Below are positions 34,589-37,652 of a stretch of DNA of 37,652 bases, piece by piece. Both the position numbers and the translations under genes were made by a program. Position 1 is the first letter of the stretch, and the number at the start of each line of letters is the position of its first letter. Origin of the DNA: Candidatus Peribacteria bacterium RIFCSPHIGHO2_02_FULL_51_15 (GTDB lineage Bacteria; Patescibacteriota; Gracilibacteria; Peribacterales; Peribacteraceae); the NCBI GenBank assembly GCA_001788965.1, contig MFXU01000047.1, forward strand, positions 2,910 through 40,561, read 5' to 3'. The notes under the pieces were generated by a model, which was given only the letters and a program-made list of their open reading frames with translations, ran no database searches and was not told where the DNA came from.

Positions 34589-35491
34589 TTAACCTTCGAC
34601 CCCGAACACCTGCTTCACGCCAAAACCGATGAAGAAATTCAGCGCCGCGATGGTCAGGCTGATGGCAGCCATCTCCACGAATCTTGCGCGGAAGGGCAGG
34701 CGCCGGGCGACCGACGTATAAAAAGTGAAGAGCAATATGATTATGAGTGCGACCAGCAACGTCATCAACAAAGCCGTCAAAGCATTTGAGATGAAGAAGT
34801 ACGGCAGTATCAGGAGAACGACGGTGATCAGGTAAGCGACCCCGGTCATGATTCCCGCCTGCAGCGCGTTCTTCCCCGGCTCTTCCTTGGTGGAGAGATA
34901 TGCAGCGGAAGACATCGAGAGCGCCGCGGCGATGCCGGTGATCAGCCCCACGGTCGCGATAAGCCTGGTTTCATGGAGCGCGAGAGTAAGCCCCGCCAGT
35001 GCGCCGGTCAGCTCCACCAGCGCATCGTTTAAGCCCAGCACGAAAGAGCTGACGTACTGCAGCACGCGTTCGTTTATCAAGCCCAGTAATTCCTGCTCAT
35101 GCCTTTGTTCGTCATCCATCACATCCAGCGCTTCGGGTATCGCCTGTCCTATTTCCCCGTAAACCTGCTGCGAGAGAGACTCGCCTTTTTCCATCAGCCG
35201 CAGCGAAAAACTGAGCCCCAGGAATCTGGCGAGGTTGGTATATAAAAAGACCTTCCATTTTGACGGAGCGACGTCCTCGCCGAGAAGCCTGCACCAGCGC
35301 TCGTAGTGGCCTTTTTCCTGCATGGCAATCTTCTCAACTACTTCGCGGTTGGGACCGGCCGGCAGTATGCGCGCCACGTTCCGGTAAATCATGTGTTCGG
35401 TAATTTCGTTCCGGGCGGCGAAGCGCAGCCGCTTTCTAAGCCTCAAGCGATTTGCATCCCCTCCTTCGGCCTCGATGAGACTATCTTGCAT
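34589..35491 (-). CDS. VIT1/CCC1 family protein with N-terminal rubrerythrin/ferritin-like domain
   Basis: EITEH..Y, QEKGH, DEQRHE and VLGLNDALVELTGALAG. Start Met13, with TAAAAT 7 nt upstream. Confidence 0.9.
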   Translation of the reverse strand: MQDSLIEAEGGDANRLRLRKRLRFAARNEITEHMIYRNVARILPAGPNREVVEKIAMQEKGHYERWCRLLGEDVAPSKWKVFLYTNLARFLGLSFSLRLMEKGESLSQQVYGEIGQAIPEALDVMDDEQRHEQELLGLINERVLQYVSSFVLGLNDALVELTGALAGLTLALHETRLIATVGLITGIAAALSMSSAAYLSTKEEPGKNALQAGIMTGVAYLITVVLLILPYFFISNALTALLMTLLVALIIILLFTFYTSVARRLPFRARFVEMAAISLTIAALNFFIGFGVKQVFGVEG

Positions 35492-35510
35492 GGAAAACAT
35501 TTTATCATGG

Positions 35511-35549
35511 GAAGAATCAAGAATCATGAATCAAGAAACAAGAATCAAA
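35511..35549. repeat. Heptamer array (GAATCAA)n
   Basis: gaatcaagaatcatgaatcaagaaacaagaatcaa. Confidence 0.75.
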
Positions 35550-35560
35550 TTTCAAAGACG

Positions 35561-36709
35561 CTATCTGATCGCATACGGATGCACGATGGAGCCCAGACCG
35601 AAAACAGCTCCCAGTCCGAGAACGAGTATTGCCAGAAGAAGCAGCTTCCCGGCCCGGCCCATTTTGCCGGCTTCATATGCAGCCAAAGGATAAACCGGCG
35701 TTATCGCCCGTCCGATGGAAGTGATCGAACCCCAGATATGCAGCGGCATAATAAGCATTATCGCCAGATATCCGCATAAAAGCGTGAGCGTAAGCGAGAT
35801 TTTTGCTTTTTCACGCCAGGCGTTTTTTAGCGCGAGAACCGCGGCCGGGGCAACGAACAAAGCGAACAAGGCGACCGAAGAAAGCGTATATATCGAATAG
35901 CCTTTGGTCCCGAAAAGAATCGACAAAGGCGCGATCAAAGGCCAGGTCGCGTTGTCGCTGTTCACCAGGAACGGGATTGACCCGAATATTTTTGAAAGCA
36001 GCGCCTGCCAAAGTATGAAAACCGCAATCGCCGGTAAAGTCCAAAAAACCGAAGGCCTGTCCCGCCGCAAAGAAAACCAGATAAAAACCATTACGACCAA
36101 AGGAAAATTGATTTCCCGGGTTATGACAAGCAGGCAAAGTAGCAAGCCGTTCCAAAAATCGATGCCTTCGCGCTTCTTGAGCCGTAACAATAAAATCGTC
36201 AAAAGCGCGATATTCAGCGGTTCGGCGGTCGAGAAATGCAGCCCGATCAAAGCAGCCGGGGAGAAAGCCATAGCACAAGTCTGGAGGCCTTTTCCGGTCA
36301 TCCGATAAGTCAGATACCCGCACATAAGAAGCGAAAAAACGGAAATCAAAAGGAACGTCCAGGGCAGCCAGGCGATATTGCCGAATGCGAGTATGAAAGC
36401 CAGAAACGGGTATAAAAATCGCTGATAAGCGTAGGCTCCGGGGGAAACCCCCTTGAGCTCGTTCCACCGATCGGGGCTAAGGAAGGCGGGAATCCGTTGC
36501 GCAATGCGGAAATATTCGGCTCCGTCATACGAAGGCACTCCGAGCACGACGAAACCCGAAGGCAGTGACTGCTGATCTGCGACCTCTTTTCCCAGGTGGA
36601 AAAGCGCTGAAACCCGAAAACCGTAAGGATATATGTACCAGACAACGATTCCGGCAAGCAATATGCAGGCTAAAACGATAAAAGCCTTTGATTTGGTTGC
36701 TGGTTTCAT
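35561..36709 (-). CDS. Polytopic membrane protein, GT-C glycosyltransferase-like
   Basis: SYDGAEYFRIA, AYAYQRFLYP, STAEPL and TRE motifs; about 10 TMs. Confidence 0.7.
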   Translation of the reverse strand: MKPATKSKAFIVLACILLAGIVVWYIYPYGFRVSALFHLGKEVADQQSLPSGFVVLGVPSYDGAEYFRIAQRIPAFLSPDRWNELKGVSPGAYAYQRFLYPFLAFILAFGNIAWLPWTFLLISVFSLLMCGYLTYRMTGKGLQTCAMAFSPAALIGLHFSTAEPLNIALLTILLLRLKKREGIDFWNGLLLCLLVITREINFPLVVMVFIWFSLRRDRPSVFWTLPAIAVFILWQALLSKIFGSIPFLVNSDNATWPLIAPLSILFGTKGYSIYTLSSVALFALFVAPAAVLALKNAWREKAKISLTLTLLCGYLAIMLIMPLHIWGSITSIGRAITPVYPLAAYEAGKMGRAGKLLLLAILVLGLGAVFGLGSIVHPYAIR

Positions 36710-36715
36710 CTGAGC

Positions 36716-36796
36716 AATTGCTAAATTGTTAAACTGTTAGAAATAACTTGCGCTTCGCTTGTAAACAATTTAGCCATTTAACAATTTAACAATTTG
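36716..36796. repeat. Octamer-armed element copy D
   Basis: aattgctaaattgttaaactgtta...aacttgcgcttcgcttgtaaacaatttagccatttaacaatttaacaattt. Confidence 0.85.
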
Positions 36797-36800
36797 GTAG

Positions 36801-37457
36801 TTACTTGGCAGCCTTATTGTCCAATCTTGTTTGGATTTGCATGATCGGACTCCCCTCGGGCTTGCTCAAAACATAATGCTGCGGTGAGCCGGTTTTTTCC
36901 GCGACGTAAGATATCTGGTAAGTGAGAAACGGCAGGCGCGGGAGAAAAAAAGTCCACTTTACAATGATCAGCGAAAAGAAATTGCCGATTTCACTGAATA
37001 ACCTGAATCCCGTCCGCTCCAGTATGTTCCGCATGTTTATGCGGGTAAAAGACATGAAATGGCCTTCCTGCCGCGCTTTCATCCGCGGAAACTTCACGAG
37101 AAGATTCTGCATGTATTCCCAGTAATAATACGGATTCGGAGTGCTGACAATCAGCGTGCCGCCAGGCTTTAGGACCCGGTTTGCCTCGCAAAGCATGGCC
37201 ATGGGATTGGCCACATGCTCGATGACGTCATTTGCCAGAACGGTGTCGAAAAATTCATCGGGGTACGGGATCCGCTCGGTATTGAGATCCGTTTGCTTAA
37301 GCTCTACATAATTCGGCAGCCGGTCAGCCGGCAGCGGTACGGAAATGTCTATGCCGTAAAGATTTTTGCTTACCCTGTTCGGAAATTCACTGTATCCGAT
37401 ATCCAGGGTCCTGCCCCGGACAAAGCGGTCCTGCGCGATATGTTTACGATGAGGCAT
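36801..37457 (-). CDS. Class I SAM-dependent methyltransferase (Methyltransf_11-like)
   Basis: TLDIG, YGIDI, PYPDEFFDTV...VIEH, RVLKPGG.LIVSTPN. Confidence 0.88.
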   Translation of the reverse strand: MPHRKHIAQDRFVRGRTLDIGYSEFPNRVSKNLYGIDISVPLPADRLPNYVELKQTDLNTERIPYPDEFFDTVLANDVIEHVANPMAMLCEANRVLKPGGTLIVSTPNPYYYWEYMQNLLVKFPRMKARQEGHFMSFTRINMRNILERTGFRLFSEIGNFFSLIIVKWTFFLPRLPFLTYQISYVAEKTGSPQHYVLSKPEGSPIMQIQTRLDNKAAK

Positions 37458-37464
37458 CCACAGT

Positions 37465-37497
37465 CATCTTACATCTTACGTCTTGTCTCTTACATCT
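37465..37497. repeat. Heptamer array (CATCTTA)n
   Basis: catcttacatcttacgtcttgtctcttacatct. Confidence 0.65.
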
Positions 37498-37562
37498 ATG
37501 CAAAACAATATTGATTTTGGATATTTTTGGATAAAATTAAAACCGCATCAATACTCAGCTGA

Positions 37563-37652
37563 TACCACTTCGCGTTTAAAACGTTCTTAATCAGACGCGC
37601 TGGCGGTATGGAGTTCTTGGCTTGAGTAAACGCTACGCGGTACGAGATGATG
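37563..37652 (+). mobile_element. MITE copy 4 (truncated by the window end; left TSD TGA)
   Basis: TGA|TACCACTTCGCG..., identical to the first 90 bp of the other copies. Confidence 0.9.

Noticed and set aside
1-37652. Alternative genetic code (TGA=Gly, as in Gracilibacteria/SR1)
   Set aside because: Conserved genes are uninterrupted under code 11, and lexA, rsmA and others end properly at TGA.

Overview
Chromosomal segment of a bacterium with genetic code 11. Gene content and style (short AT-rich leaders without Shine-Dalgarno sequences, CxxC-x17-CxxC zinc ribbon, ComEC without a beta-lactamase domain, Ser/Gly-rich SLH surface proteins) suggest CPR/Patescibacteria, probably Peregrinibacteria/Peribacteria-like; this is inference. 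Housekeeping genes: relA/spoT (partial), rplJ-rplL, lexA, valS, pnp, rpsO, uvrD/pcrA, rsmA, comEC and tRNA-Glu. Also present: LCP protein, D-hydroxyacid dehydrogenase, K+ channel, RmuC-like nuclease, two GIY-YIG nucleases, PIF1 helicase, VIT1/CCC1 protein and methyltransferases. The most unusual content is non-coding. (1) Four apparently identical copies of a 135-bp MITE (TACCA...TGGTA, 3-bp TCA/TGA target duplication); one has rewritten the C-terminus of ValS. (2) Hairpins whose arms are 7-, 8- or 9-nt tandem repeats, plus REP-like palindromes, occupy most intergenic regions, nest inside each other and are inserted in-frame in valS, pnp and rsmA. (3) A complete Val/Leu/Ile leader-peptide attenuator sits before an unknown 75-aa gene, and there is a second, Trp-like candidate leader. 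(4) A candidate LexA operator GTGRAC-N4-GTCCAC is shared by lexA and the rmuC-like gene. (5) -10 boxes lie 6-9 nt before many start codons, suggesting leaderless mRNAs. All calls come from manual reading; no searches were run.
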